The notes below the pieces were generated by a model, which was not told where the DNA came from, ran no database searches, and saw only the letters and a list, made by a program, of their open reading frames with translations. 64,000 bases of DNA, taken from assembly GCA_965644315.1 (NCBI GenBank), contig CBFFRQ010000029.1, positions 248,001 to 312,000 on the forward strand, written 5' to 3'. A program made the position numbers and the translations under genes. This document shows positions 11,724-25,009 of this stretch, one piece after another (the first letter of the stretch is position 1; every line of letters starts with the position of its first letter). This DNA is from Caecitellus pseudoparvulus (taxonomy: Eukaryota > Protista > Bigyra: Bicosoecida).

Positions 11724-13623
11724 TCAGCGCCCATACCGGGAGCGGGGGGCGGACCGAGCACGGGTCCCCGTCATGGGGGACATGGGCACGGTGTGGGGGG
11801 GTGGCGCGCCGTACTGCCCGCCGTACATCTGCCCTGCCGTTGGCGCAGGGCGCCCAAACGTACCAGGTGTGCCGTGGTGGTGGCTGGGCGTGAACGTGGG
11901 GCGCGAGCTGCCCTGCCCATACTGCTGCCCTGCTGGGGCGGCGGCGCCAGGCTGCCCGTACTGCTGCCCTGCCGTGTAGGAGGAGGTGGAGGTGTAGGTG
12001 TGGGTGGAGGAGTAGCCACCACCCCGGAACTGGGGCGTGTAGCGAGGGTCGGCGCCGGGCGCAGCGTAGGAGTGCGTGGGGGCGGTGCCTGGGCGTTGGC
12101 TGGCCGGTGCACCCCCGTGGAAGGCGGCGCTGCCGGGCTGGCCACCCGAGGAAGTAGGGGGGCGCTGCTGCGCGTAGGAAGCGGGTGGTGCCGCACTTTG
12201 GGGCTGTCGCCCACCACTGTACATGTACGGGTTCTGGCCGGCCGCCGGCACCATGGCGGTGCTGCGCGGGCCAGCACCTGGAGGGGAGGAGTGCTGGGTG
12301 GGGCTCGCACGCGGCAGGGGGCCCTGGCGGCTGGCAGGTGGCTGTGGCAGCAGGCCTTCAGCTGGCTTCTTGGCCACGGGCAGGTTGTGGCGCTCCTCCT
12401 CCAGCTCCAGGATGCGGCGGTACTCTTCGATCTCCGCCGTGAGCCTGATCTTGACGCCCATCAGCGCGTCGAACTCGGCGTCCTTGGCTGCGCGGCACGC
12501 CTTCTCCTCCGTCAGCTCCTCCATGAGGGTCTGCTTCTCACGGCCCCACTCCGCCGCGGCAGCCTTGTGCACGCCCTCCGTATCGTTCAGCTGGTGCAGC
12601 AGGTGCGTGGCGAGCTCGGAGGCCTTGTCCGCCTCCTCCACAGCACGGGACACGTCTTGGCGCAGGCGGTCGTTCAGGCCCTGCAGCTCGTCCACCCGCC
12701 CTCGCAGGTGGTGGATCTCGCCGTCGTACTTGTCGTGCAGGTTGTGTTCCAGCTCCGCCAGCTTGGCGTGAGTGGCGGAGTCCCACTCGGCACGCGCCTG
12801 TGCCATCTCCCGGGCGTGGCCGTCCTTCAGGTCCGCCAGCACGCTGTCCTGCTCCGCCTGCAGCTGCTCCATGCCCTCTTGCAGGGAGCGGATGTGGGCC
12901 TCCTGCTCTGAGCCCGTCTTGAGGGCGTCGTTCAGGGCAGTCGTCTTGTCGTGCAGCTGCCCGCGCATGTCCCCCTGCTCAGCAGACAGGCGGTCAATGA
13001 GCTCCTGCTTACGTGCCGCGTCGGCCTGCACGTGGTCCAGGCGGTCCCGCAGCTGGTCCCGCTCCGCCTGGGCGCCCATGAGGGACTTCAGCGCCTCACG
13101 CAGCTGCACGTTCTCCGCCTCCAGGTGGTGCACCTTTGCGTCGGCCTTTTCCCCCGCCTCACGCTCCGTCGCCAGCTCGGTCTCCTTCTCCAGCAACTTC
13201 ACGCGCAGTGTCTCGAAGTCCGTGCGCAGGCCTCGGTTGTACACCACTGCAAGGTGGCGGGGAGGGCGGGCGCAGTGCAGCACGGCGCTGGCTTCGCGGC
13301 GTCCTTGCGGAACTCAGCCCTCGCAGCGACACCTGCACCAAACTGCCTGAACAGGCGATGGCAAAATGTACACAAGCACGACAGGTTCTGCTCCCTGTCC
13401 AACTTTGCCTTGCGCGACAGCACAGCCATGCAGGCACATGCCAGTTGCGTGGTCGCAGCGACACCGACGCACCATAGTTCGCGAGGCGCTGGTTCAAGTT
13501 GGACAGGTGGGCCTTCTCTTCCTCACGGGCAACATGCTCGTGCTGCACATGAGGGCTTCCGTGGGGGTGGGGTGGGGACCCTGCTGCACGCGCAGGGGAG
13601 CCCATGCGGGAGGGGGACGCCAT
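11724..13623 (-). CDS. Intermediate-filament/lamin-like protein (paralogue 1); one intron ~13248-13472
   Basis: SP-rich head; coil 1A EEEKAHLSNLNQRLANY|VVYNRGL; rod end EFDALMGVKIRLTAEIEEYRRILELEEER matches the IF consensus (KLALDxEIAxYRKLLEGEE); P/G/Q/Y-rich tail. Confidence 0.85.
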
Positions 13624-13825
13624 GTTGCAGCTTGTGGTGCCGTGTGTGCAATGCTGCTGGGAGCCAGGCTGCAAGGGGCGAGCGGGGCAGGGGCGCGCGG
13701 GGGACTGCGTGAGCACATGCGCGGCAGCGTGGGTGTGTTGGACATGAATTGCAATGACCTGTGTAATTGCTGCAAGGGGGCAGCGGGCCACGCCCCTGCC
13801 TTGTGCGGGAAGCTTCACAGGCGAC

Positions 13826-16800
13826 TCAGGCGCCCGGCGGCCGCTGCAGCGCTGGAGGTGCCTTGATGGCGGGTGGTGCCTGTCCTGCCTCCTGGGGACT
13901 GCTGCGCTCCCCCATCGCCTCCGCCTTGGCCAAGAAGTCGCCCTCCTCCAGGGCGCCGGGCGGCAGCCAGGCGATGACGGGCACCAGGGCCACCAGCTGT
14001 GCCGCCCGCACCGTCTCGGAGATGAGGCGGGCGCTGAAGATGTTGCGCAGGGCCGTGTACACGACACTGATGACGATGAGGTTGGCCAGCAGGAGCCCGA
14101 TGCCGAGGGAGCGCAGGTCATTCATGCGCTCGGCAAACTCCGCCTTGTCGGCGGCGATGGTGCGCCACAGGTCCGCACCCAGGCTCACGTGGTACAGGCG
14201 GTCCATCACGAACAACTGCTCCTGGCTGGCGATGGCCGAGGCATTGGTACCTGCCAGCTTCACTGTGCCGTCGTAGGTGGCGGAGTCAGTGGCGGAGCCG
14301 TAGGTGCACAGGGTGCTGTCGCGGGCGCCTGTAAACTGCGGCGCGTAGCACTGCAGCAGGGTGGCTGCCGAGAGGGAGAAGTAGTTCAGGAGGATGCTGA
14401 TGCTCTGGTCCACTGACACGCCCAGTTGCTGTGGCGGCGCGAAGGCGATGGCCTCCACGCGGACCTGCTCGTCAGGGGATGTCAGCGCTGGCTGCCCGGT
14501 CGTGGTGGTGTTGGCGGGTGTGGTGATGGCGGAGAGCAGGGAGAGACTGGGCAGGTCCACCCCTGCGCGGGCCTCTGCCTGCTGGCTGGCGCGCACGAGG
14601 CTCACGCCCGAGTTCAGGCCGGCTGTGAGCTCCTGCAGCTCCCGTGTGGCGCGTGTGATGGCGTTGAGGGAGGTGGACAGTTCCACTGCGGCGGTGGCGG
14701 GGGACACCACCGCGCCGTCCCCGATGACCACCTCCCGGGCCAGCGTGGCGGCAGAGATGACGTGCGCAGCCCGCTCCCCTGCCAGAGACGTCAGGTCCAC
14801 CACGACGTCCACATCCCCCACGGAAGCCACGGACACGGCGAAGGAAGACACCACTGCCACTAGGAGGGCGATGACCGACACACACATCCACCAACGCACC
14901 GCCGTCAGCGTGTCACCCGACACCTTGTCCCACAGCTTGCGGGAGGCGGCCGAGTCACGCTTGCTCTCAGGCGCCTTGGGCTCTTTCGAGCGGTCTGCCT
15001 TGCGCTGCCAGGCGCTGACGCCAGTGGGCGCCGTCTTAATGACGTTGCCCCGCCCGCTGCTGCTTGCGTGGCGCAGCAGGAGCTTCTTGCTGCTGCCGCG
15101 CTTCTCTTCCGGTGGCGCGGTGGGTTTCAGGCGGCCTTCCTCGGCAGCTGCGGAGGAGCACGCCGCCTCCATCAGCACCATGCTCTGGCGGTGCTTGGCA
15201 GTGCTCTCGGCAACGCTCATGTCAGCGGCTGCCTTCAGCCCCTTGTCGTCGGAGTACTTGTGGATGGCAGACACGTAGCGCTTGGTGCTGGGCCCGATGC
15301 ACATGTCCTGCTGCGTCCCCCCGCCGCCATCGACCGGCTGCACGGGGGTGCCATCCTCGTCCGAGCCCCACCCCCGCCCAACGCCGGACACGCCGTCCTC
15401 TGCCGACAAGTCGATGCTGGTGCCGAGCTTGGAGGGGTCCAGTCCCCACAGGACATCCTCCAGCATGTCCCCTCGCTCCGTGTCAAAGGTCCCTGCCAGC
15501 TGCATGTAGTGCCGCCGAATCGTGCGGTACTTGACTGCCAGGTCCGCCACACTCTCAGAGGGCACTGCCTGCACCACGGCGATCATCTGCCGGCGCGTGT
15601 ACCGCACCAGTGTCAGCACGGAGCGGAAGACGACGACGACGATGAGGGCGACGCAGAGCACGCCGAGGGCGACCAGGGCGCCGCCAGAGATGACCGCCAC
15701 GCTGACCACGCTGGCATCGCGCGCCTTGAATGCGGCGGTGACCCCGCCGATCCTGGCCTCCCGCCCCATGAAGCCGTTGCGCGAAGCGAGGGCCCAGGAC
15801 AGGCTGCGCGCTCCAAAGGACGTCGATGAAGGCGTGCCCCCCGTGTTGGCACCGTCGCAGGCCAGGGCGGGGGCCGCCTGGTCAGCGGTGGCGCCCTTCG
15901 CCAGCAACAGCGCGTGGCTGCCCAGCACGTTGCCGTAGTCCCACAGGGACACCTGCAGGAGGGCCAAGTCGTCCATGACGCCGCAGGCTGCTGTGCCCAG
16001 GGATGTGTTGCCTGACGCAGTGGGGGCCGGCGAGGAGTCGCCTGCCCGCAGCGCCAAGGAGGCCGCCACTGTGGTGGACAGGGCAGCTGGCACGTGCAGG
16101 GCCCTGAGGGGCTCCACCCACTGCTCCTCCACATCCGTCTGCACAGCATCGGAGCCGCCGGCGCCGTCCTCTGACACCGCCCTGAACAGGGACGAGTGGA
16201 AGCGCAGGAACACCTCAGTGGACTCCAGCAAGCGACTGCGCGCCTCCACCACCGCCAGCGCCGCCGAGTTGTTGGAGAAGGCGGGCGGGGGTGTGCTGCC
16301 GGCGAAGGACGGCACGCCAGCGCGACCCGCCTCCACCGCGGCAATGTTCACATCCCGGGCGTGCTGTGTCACCTGCACGCCCAGGTTGCGCCAGAGGGCC
16401 CAGTCCAGGGTCAGGTCCAGCGTGTCCTGCGTGCGGGTCAGCATGACCTCGTTGGCGGTGAAGGTGCCCACTGCCAGCAGGGCCAAGGCCGTGATGAAGC
16501 CAGTCAGCCAGGCACGCGCAGAGGCGAGGGGGTGCCGGGCAGCGCGCCGCCCAGCCGCCCTCGTGTTGCCGGCGTGCCTGGCAGGGTCGCTGCTGTGCCC
16601 GAACCAGTCCCCCATCATGCCCCTGCCCTCGCCCTGCCCCTGCACCACGGCGACAGGCCCCGAGGGGCCCACCGCCACCGCATCCAGGCCGTGCGTGATG
16701 CCACTGCGCCCTCGGCGGGCTGCCGCCAGCAGCAGCAGACTCGTCACGCTGTGGGCGTCGTCATCTTCCCCGTGGCTGTCAAAGGCGCTGGTGTCAGTGG

Positions 16801-19800
16801 CCTCGTCGCCGCCCCCGGCGCCAAATGCAGTGGCGTGGGCCGGCACCTCCCCCCGCTCCACGGCGCCCTGCACCTCCATGTTGGCGTACGCCTTGTCCAG
16901 GACGCGGTGGGCCAGGTCTGTGTCACCCACCACGTGCAGCAGGAACAACCCGTACGACTTCATGGCCACGGGGGAGCTGGGGAAGGTCTTGATCAGCGCC
17001 ACGTACGCAGAGTCGGCCTTGGTCGTGCAGGTGTGGATGACGTGCAGCAGCTCAGCCAGCTGCGCGTTCACGGTGGCTGCCGCAGCCTCCCGCACCGCCT
17101 CCGACTGCGCTTCAGACGCGCCCAGCAGCGCCTCCACCGCCTCGTCCTCCTCCACGTCCTCAGCCGGCGTGTCCAGGCCTGTGCCTGGAGAGGGTGGTCG
17201 CTGCGGCGCAGTGGCGCCACCACTCTGCCGGGGATGCCTCAGCGCAGGCTCGGGGGCCTCCTCCGCAGGCGCCAGCCCAATGGCCTCATCCAGGCTGATG
17301 GGGCCCTTGTCACGTTGAGAGGGCCGCATGGCAGCGGCGGCCTGGGCGGCGGCGCCCTCCCCCCCGTCAGCCTGCCCCCGCTCCTGCCGCAGGCGAGCAT
17401 GCCGGGCCGACCGCAGCGCCCTGACGGTGCGGAGGGAGCGCTGGGATCGCCCTGACAGGGCACTCCGGCCACTGCGAGCGGAGGAGGGGCGCATTTCAAA
17501 GGCAAAGCTGCCAGGGCGGCGAGGGGAGGCGGCTCCCCCGCCCTGGCCCGTGCCGTCACCCCCCGCCAAGGCCAGGTGCATCTGCATCACCAACTGCTCT
17601 GCCACGTCGCGGGAGGTGAGTTGGCGCTGGTGCCCCGTGAGGGGGCTCTGCAGGATGAAGCTGGCCTTGCGCCCCAGCGTGCGCCCGCGGGTCATGGGGG
17701 GAGACCGGGCCGCCAGGGCGCCGTCCAAGGAGTGCCGGCGGCCGACGGTGGAGCGGGAGCGGGTGGACTTGCGGGGTGGAGAGGCCTCGTGCCGGACACG
17801 CTTTGAAGTCCCTTGTGAGGGGGCCTTCGACGACTTGGAGAGGAAGGGGGGTGGCGGGCGGCCCGATTCCCCGGCCTCTTCCTGCTCCTCCTCGTCTTCC
17901 TCGATGATGGCAGAGGGCAGGGGCGTGGCGCCCTCCTCCGGCTCGGGGACGCCCTCGGACACCATGTACGTCTCGTGGTACTGGTGCATGATGTGCCACA
18001 TGGTGGCCAGGGCACCGACGGCCTGCAGGTGGTTGTCCCGGGCCTGTGTGAACAGCTGCTCGAACTGCATGATGGAGATGGAGTCCAGCGCCTCCCCCAG
18101 CTCCGCCGCCTGCTTCACCGACCTCCACGACTGCAGCTTGGTGAAGAGCTGGAACTGCAGGTCCATGGCGGCGGTGCGCGAGAGGCGCTTGGCCGCCATG
18201 AGCAAGGCCACCGCCTCCACGCCGCTGGCACGGTGCAGGAGGATGAAAGTGGACCTCGCCAGGCGCAAGAAGATGGAGGAGGGGAAGACGTTGAGGCCCG
18301 CCCGGAAGACGACGTCAGCCTGGGCGATGGAGGCGGCGGAGATGACGGCCGGCGACAGCAGCATGCGGGACATCAGCTCCACATCACTCGCGAACAGCCA
18401 GTACTGGTCCACGATGGACGCCAGCGTCACGTGCCCCGCGCCCTTCCACTTGCCTCCGCAGCAGTCCCGCTCCACCTTGCCCTTGCCCGCCTGGCGTTGG
18501 TGGATGAGGGCCTGCGCCGTCACCGAGTGTCGCCCAGCACGCCCCTGCACCACCTTGGGTGTGCGGGCGGCCAGGGTGGCGGTGGACTGGGCACGCCCCG
18601 TGCCCCGCCGGCGCATGCCCTGCTTGCGCATGCTGCTGTCGTAGTCCACCGTACTGGAGCAGCAAGTGCAGAAGAGCCAGTGCAGCGTGGTGCCTGCCGA
18701 CCACAGCAGGCGCGAGATGGACCAGAAGCAGCAGTACTGCGCGCCACACCCGCAGCAGCAGCAGAAGCAGCCACAGCAGCAGCCTTCAGGCGGCACCAGC
18801 ACTTCGTAGTCATCTGTCAACACCTTGGACCGCCCGGGGCCACCCTTTCGCTGCAGGGGGGAGGCGACGGGCGTGTGGCTGAGGCCGCCACCGCCCACGC
18901 CCCAGGCCACCTGCCGCAGGCTGGAGTCGGGCCGGGCAGGGTGCCCCTCCCCACTGCTCATGGTGGAGGAGCGCCTGGCAGGCAACTCTCGCGTGGGCTC
19001 GGGGGACCTCACGTCCACGCCGCCCTTGCTCCCTCGAGGGGCGCGGGGGGGGGGCTTCGGGGGCCCCTTCACCTTACGGACCTCCAGGGACCGTGAGCGG
19101 GGCACGGTGACGACGCGCCCGCCGGCGATGCCTGTCTCCCCCACACTGGGCCGACGGCGGGTCGCCTTGGCCTCCCCTGCGAACACCACCGCCGTGGCCG
19201 CCTCCGGCTCACTGTAGGGTGTCGTGCGCCCAGCACCTGGCAGGTGGGACTCGTGGCTGGCCGCGTGGGCAGGGAAGGAGGTGGAACGTGCCGATATGGG
19301 CACGCTGGGCGCCTGTTCGTCCCCGCTGGAGCCCCCCTCCTCATCCAGCAGCACCGCAACCCGTGCGGCAGCCATGCTCACCTCCCCGCTGGTGCGCCCG
19401 TCGCCGGTGGAGGACGGCGGGCGCTGCAGGAAGCCTGGCGCTGTGGGCAACACCTTGGCCCCGGCAGCCGCGTAGCGCGTGACGGCGGTGGTGCCTTCTG
19501 CTGCCGCGTGCGAGACGTCCTTGCCAAACACGATGCGGGCGGTGGCTGCGGCGATGGAGCTGTCTGAGAACAGCTTGGCCGCCTGTGCGTCTCGCCCCGA
19601 GTCCCCCGCTGCCGAGGTCACGTCCCGCCCGTGTACCAGGCGGCTCACGGCACGGTCGTGGTTGCGGAACATGCCTGCCGAGTCCAGCGCGCCCCCACGG
19701 GCAGACTCCAGGAAGTCCTGCACGTCTGCACCGGCGCTGTCCTGGGCCACCTGCGCCTCCGCCCACTCCGTGTCACCCTCCGTGGAACCCTCAGTGGCCA

Positions 19801-21387
19801 CGGACAGCCGGCGCAGGCGCGATGTGCCGCCGCCGCCGCCGCCGCCGCCAGAGGGACGCCGCCCGTGACTGGGTGGGAGGGCAGGCGTGGTGGTGCCACT
19901 GACGTCCTCCGGGCCAGTCGTGGGTGCAGTGGTCATGGGCATGCGGACCTGGCGCGGGGCGGCCTGGGGAGACAGGCTGCCGCTGGGGGGCGCAGAGTCC
20001 GTGGCTGCGGACCTCTTGTGGCGGGCGGGGTCCTGCACCAGCCACGCCAGCTGCAGGAATTGCCAGTACCGGTAGCGCACCCACGCCACAGCGGCCAGGG
20101 CGACGAAGAGGGACAGGGCGTTCCAGCCGCCGTACACGGCGACGTGGTACACCCACCAGTCATCGCCAGGCGGGTCCACCGTGTCCAGCTTCGCGTCCAG
20201 GAGGGGGCTGTAGAAGCGTGCTGCCCGCACCAGCACGCCCCCCAGTGCCACCCACGTCAGGGCACCGTAGGAGCCCACCATGATCTCGTTGGTGATGGAC
20301 CGGAAGTACGGCAGCGTGACGCCTGTGAAGGCAGTCTGCATGCTCAGCAGCAGGATGGCCACGAGGCCCAGTGAGAAGGGCTGCCCTGGGTCCAGCGTGG
20401 CCATGCCGGTGAGGATGGTGCGGACGAGGGTGTCCAGCATGTCCACGCGGCCCGACACCCGCGACAGGACGCTGGAGGAGAGGGGGTTGTCTTGGAAGTA
20501 GGTGAGGCGCACGAAGAGGGCGCCAGGCACCAGCACAGCCAGCGTCATGGCTGAGAAGATGCGCAGGAAGAGCACAGCGGGGTGGCTGCAGGAGGCCACC
20601 TGCCCGCCCGTCAAGTCTCCCTCGTCCAGGGTGGAGGTGCTGACGTCGCCATTCACGGCGGCCTGCACCCCCACGACGTCGTCCGTGACCACGGCAGGGT
20701 TGTCCACCGACGCAGAGGGCGGGCCGATGAAGGAGAGCAGGGCGTCGCAGTTGAAGGGGATGAGCATGACTCGCAGGACGGGGATGTATGCCACTGTCAC
20801 GATGAGCACGACCAGGACGCGCAGGAGGCGCAGGGCCCACAGGTGAGCGTACCGCCCCGACACGATGATGTTCCCCACGAACGTAGCGGTGATGACGGTG
20901 ACCCACACCAGCGCCGCGGCGATGGCGAAGCCAGTGTAGTACAGCGCAGGCTGCCGCACCAGCACGAGCAGGTCAGTCGTGCTGGCCACACGGAGCCAGG
21001 AAAAGTACCGCGTGGGCCATCCAAAAGCCACGCTCAACAAGAGGGAGAGGATTTCAGCCACGCCCACCAGCACGATGAGCTGTGGGAGGGGGTGGTGGGC
21101 GGCGCACGTGATGGCTCAACACATCGCCAGCGTTACACCTCCTTGGCGTCGCCCTGCACGCACCACGTCCGCCAGCTTCGTGCTAGTGCTGGCCCTGTGC
21201 TGCTCCGTCATGACATTCAGAATCTGTGTGGCAGGAGGCGGTGCCAGCGTGCAGGTTGGCCGGGAAAAAGCCTGCAGCGTCGAGCGCTGCCGCAGCGACG
21301 AGGCTGTGCAGGCTTCCGTACCTTGAACGCTGTGGAGAGCCATGGCGACAGGTTCATGCGCAGGGCGTTCAAGCTCGAGGTCTGCAT
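13826..21387 (-). CDS. Large multi-pass membrane protein, TmcB/TmcC (tiny macrocysts)-like
   Basis: N-terminal TM bundle (TLPYFRSITN), TPR-like segments GLNVFPSSIFL, MDLQFQLF, AYVALIKTFPSSPVAMKSYGLFLLHV; paired C-terminal TMs flanking extracellular loops; two short 5' introns give MQTSSLNALRMNL... Confidence 0.7.
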
Positions 21388-21871
21388 GGTGGTCGTCTGG
21401 CTGCTGCCCCGGGCCAGCGGCGGGCGCCGATCGATGCGTCACTGCAGGTCTCTTGGACTGCGTCAGAAACGCTTTCTGCGAAGCTGCCTCCAGCCACGAA
21501 TGGCTCGCCGCTGCTGCTGTGGCGAGGGACGCAACACACAGGTGGTGTGGGAATGACCGCGCTCCGTAGCGCTGATCCTCCAGCCCACGAGATTGTTTTG
21601 ACCACCGAATGCCGTGGCAGAGCAGGTGCGCATGCTGTGGTTTCGCAGTCTTTTTTTGAGTCCTGCGGAAGGCTGGCCAGTCTTCCTGGCCAGTCGGTCG
21701 GAAGGTGCAAGCAGTGCACCCCGCCGCTCAAACACCGCCCAGCATCAATCCCAGCGCTTGCGAGCGAGCCACCTCCCTCCGCACATGCCGGTGGGCACTG
21801 CAGGGGCCAGAGTGAGCAGGCAGCTGGCCAGCGTGTTGCTGAGCTGCAGAGGTGCACCTGCCGACGGCAAG

Positions 21872-23823
21872 ATGAGCACAGGCTCTCCAGCTTATGCAGC
21901 AAGCTATGAAATCCCAGAGTCGGTCATGCAGCAGCGCGGTGACGCCATTGCCTCTTCCCTGGCTGCCAGGCAACGTGCGTGGGAGCGGCGTTTCGCATGC
22001 CTTGCCCACCCGCTGCGGCGGGGCCAGAGCACTGCCCCCTTGCACGTACGGCGCGATTCCTCCACGTCCAGGTGACATGATTCGCATGTCCATGTTGGAC
22101 CAGCATCGCCAGCAGTGAGTCCTGCCCCCAGCGCATCACCAGGCGCTGCACATCGACGGCTGCAGCAGGTGCAAGTGAAACGCTGCCGAGCCGTCCTCAC
22201 GGTGTGCTGCCGCTGCCGCTGCGCAGGTCCCTCAGCGCGCTGCCCGTCGGCAACGCAGGCCTCTCTGCATTGGCACCCCTGCCTTCCCGTGCTCATGGCC
22301 TGCCCTATGCAGGTGCCGCCTCCCGGGGGGTGCGCCGCGAGCCGCGGGATGCAGCTGGCTTGCTGCAGCGGGCCGACGCAGTGCTGGCGCAGCGGGGCAG
22401 GCCTTCGCCGCACAGACACGCCCCTGAAGCAGCACTGCTGGCGCCCGTCACGCCGGCAGTGCAGCATGCCCCGTTGCCGGCGCCACACCCAGTGCAGGCT
22501 GCACCCCAGCACAGCCTGCCCCCAGCGGCAACGGCAGCTGCGCCCCATCCTCTGCAGCGGGCATTCGCAGACCCAGTGCAGCGGTCCCAGGAGGTGCTGG
22601 CCGTGGCAGATTCTCTCGCTTCGCGCCGCGCTGCAGAGGTGGCCCGGGCGCAAGCCGCTGCGCAGGCCCACACGGAGGCGGTGGCGGCGGCTCAAGCGGC
22701 GGCGGCGGCGGAGGCTGCACGGCAAGCGGCAGAGGCGGCAGCTGCCGCTGAAGCAGCTGCAGCACGGCAGCGCGCCGAGGCGTCGGCCCGTCGTGCAGCG
22801 CTCGTGGCGGAGCTGGAGGAGCTGGAGACAGCTGTGGCGGCGGCAGAGGCAGGTCTGGCCGAGGCGCAGGGTGACCACCTGGAGGCCTCCACAGAGCTGG
22901 CCAAGGTGGTCAAGTACACCAAGGAGCTGCTGCAGCAGGTGCAGAAGGCCAAGGGGGTGTGGAGCCCCACGCCGCGCTCCAGTGTGGCGGTGCAAACGGG
23001 TGAGGCTGGAGCTCGGGCAGGTGTGGTGGCCCCCCCTCTTGGCCTGCAGGCGGCGGCGGACCTGAGCAAGGCAGCGGAGGCGGCGACAGAGGTGTTGCAA
23101 GGTGTGCCGTCTCCTCTCCCCACACCTGGATCCGCTGCAGCGCAGGTCGGCAGCTGCGACCCCACCACCGCCGAAGCAGAGGCTGCCGTGGCGAGTGACG
23201 CCAGCGCACCGCCGACAGAGGCGGCAGCCCCTGCCCCTGTGCCAGCAGAAGCACCCACTCCACCCAGGGCTGACGCCTCCAGCGCGCCAGGTACCAGCGA
23301 CAGCAGCCCCCTTGCGTCGGCATTTGGGCGGGGACACTGGCGCACGCTCTTCTCTTCAGACGCCTCAGCGCCCGTGTCCACGCCAGGCACAGCCCTGGCG
23401 TCCATTGTCAAGGGCACTCCTGCTCCTGGAGAGGGCGCTGCGCCAGCTTCTGTGGCTGACGTTGGGAGGGGGCCCCCTGCACCCCCCTCAGGCCGACAGG
23501 GGCCCCACACCCTGGACAGTGTGCGGGCAGACATGGAGGCAGCCCGACCCCGCCGCTCAGCCAAGGTGGAGTTCTTGCAGCAGGGCGACGGGCGAGGTGC
23601 GGGCGAGGACAGCCCCCTGGCCCGGGCCAAAGGGCTGACCCCAGAGAGCAGCGCCTATGCGGAGCTGGCTGCCATCGACCAGCACCTGGCAGACATCGGC
23701 GCCAGGGTGCAGGCGGCCAAGGTCTCAGCAGCCGCCAAGGGCAGACACCCACGTGCCACGGGCCGCCTGGTGTCGCGCCGTCAGGCTGCTGCTGCTGCCC
23801 GCCCTCTGGCGCCGCCGGCGTGA
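21872..23823 (+). CDS. Hypothetical Ala-rich protein with central coiled coil (2 introns)
   Basis: ATG 21872 with GTGCGT and GTGAGT introns joining in frame to the 539-aa ORF; host-like codon usage; AATGCA at 23961. Confidence 0.6.
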
Positions 23824-23881
23824 CCTCATGGGAGGGGGGCGGGTCAGGCTGTGCATTGTGGGTGGGCAGGTGGCGGGAGCG

Positions 23882-24682
23882 CTACCGACTGGCGGCAGTG
23901 GCTTCTCTGTGTGCCGCCAAGGCATCGGGGTGGATGTCAAACACGACAGGCAGGTGCTTCAATGCAAAGGTGCCGTCCAACAGGCAGGCGTTCACGACGG
24001 CAGTGGACCCCAGTGCCCCGGCGCCGTACCCGTGGTGGTTGTGTCCGTGCACTGCAAGGAAGGGCTGCACGCGCCGCAGGGTGCTCTCCAACTCGGCGCA
24101 GGCGGCGGAACCTGACATCTTGCCGAGACCTGTCGGCGGGCCATGTGTCAGCAACACATCCACCTCGTCGGGGATGGCGCTGTACGCCGCCGCCAGCTCG
24201 GCAGAGTCCCGCTCGAAGGGCTGGAAGTTGGTGTTGGTGCTGTGGGGGCTGTTGGGCAGGTGCCACGGCGTGCCGTACACCCGGATGTCGGTGCCTGGCA
24301 CGGCGGCCTCCGTGTCCTGCAGGTACAGCACGCTGGGCAGGACAGCCCGCACCTTGTCGGGGCCCAGCTCGGCGGCAGTCGTGTCGTGGTTGCCAGAGAT
24401 GGCCATGGCGGTGTGGAAGCCCTTGGCGGCCTTCTGCTCGGCCACCCACTGCCCGAAGTCGTACAGGGTGTCCATGCCCCGCTGCAGGGGGTCAGACAGC
24501 CCCGCGTCGCGCAGCAGCATGTCGCCAGCGTGCAGTAATACGTCGCCTTCCGGCAGGTCCACTGAGCGGTGCTGCCCATGAGTGTCGCTGATCAGGACAA
24601 AGCGGATGGCTCCTCGCGCCTTGGCCATCTGGTTGGACACCACCGCCGTGGCGCCGCGGGAGGCGTACAGGAACTTGGCCAT
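23882..24682 (-). CDS. Calcineurin-like metallophosphoesterase (MPPED1/2-like)
   Basis: Motifs ISDTH, LHAGD, SGNHD, THGPP, HGHNH. Confidence 0.9.
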   Translation of the reverse strand: MAKFLYASRGATAVVSNQMAKARGAIRFVLISDTHGQHRSVDLPEGDVLLHAGDMLLRDAGLSDPLQRGMDTLYDFGQWVAEQKAAKGFHTAMAISGNHDTTAAELGPDKVRAVLPSVLYLQDTEAAVPGTDIRVYGTPWHLPNSPHSTNTNFQPFERDSAELAAAYSAIPDEVDVLLTHGPPTGLGKMSGSAACAELESTLRRVQPFLAVHGHNHHGYGAGALGSTAVVNACLLDGTFALKHLPVVFDIHPDALAAHREATAASR

Positions 24683-25009
24683 GGTGTGCCGCGGAAATTG
24701 CTGCCCACGCACGCGTGCACCGGCGGGGGCGCCCTGCGCAGGGGGGGCGAGTGGAAGGCGCGCAGAGGCGCCTGGGTGGGCAAACTGAACAATCACGAGC
24801 ATGTGCTGGGGTTTGTGGTGTGAGCGCACTCACCGTCTGCCCCTGCAGCACCCCACGCTGGCGATCGGGGACTCTGGTGGCGCACGCGTTGCCGTGACCA
24901 GGCTCGGCACCGGCGACGCCCCCGCCCTGCAGCGCCCACGCCTGTGCGCAGGGAGCAGCCCGTAGCACGACTCCTCAACACACCTGGGAAGCTCGCGACA
25001 GTCAGTGGG

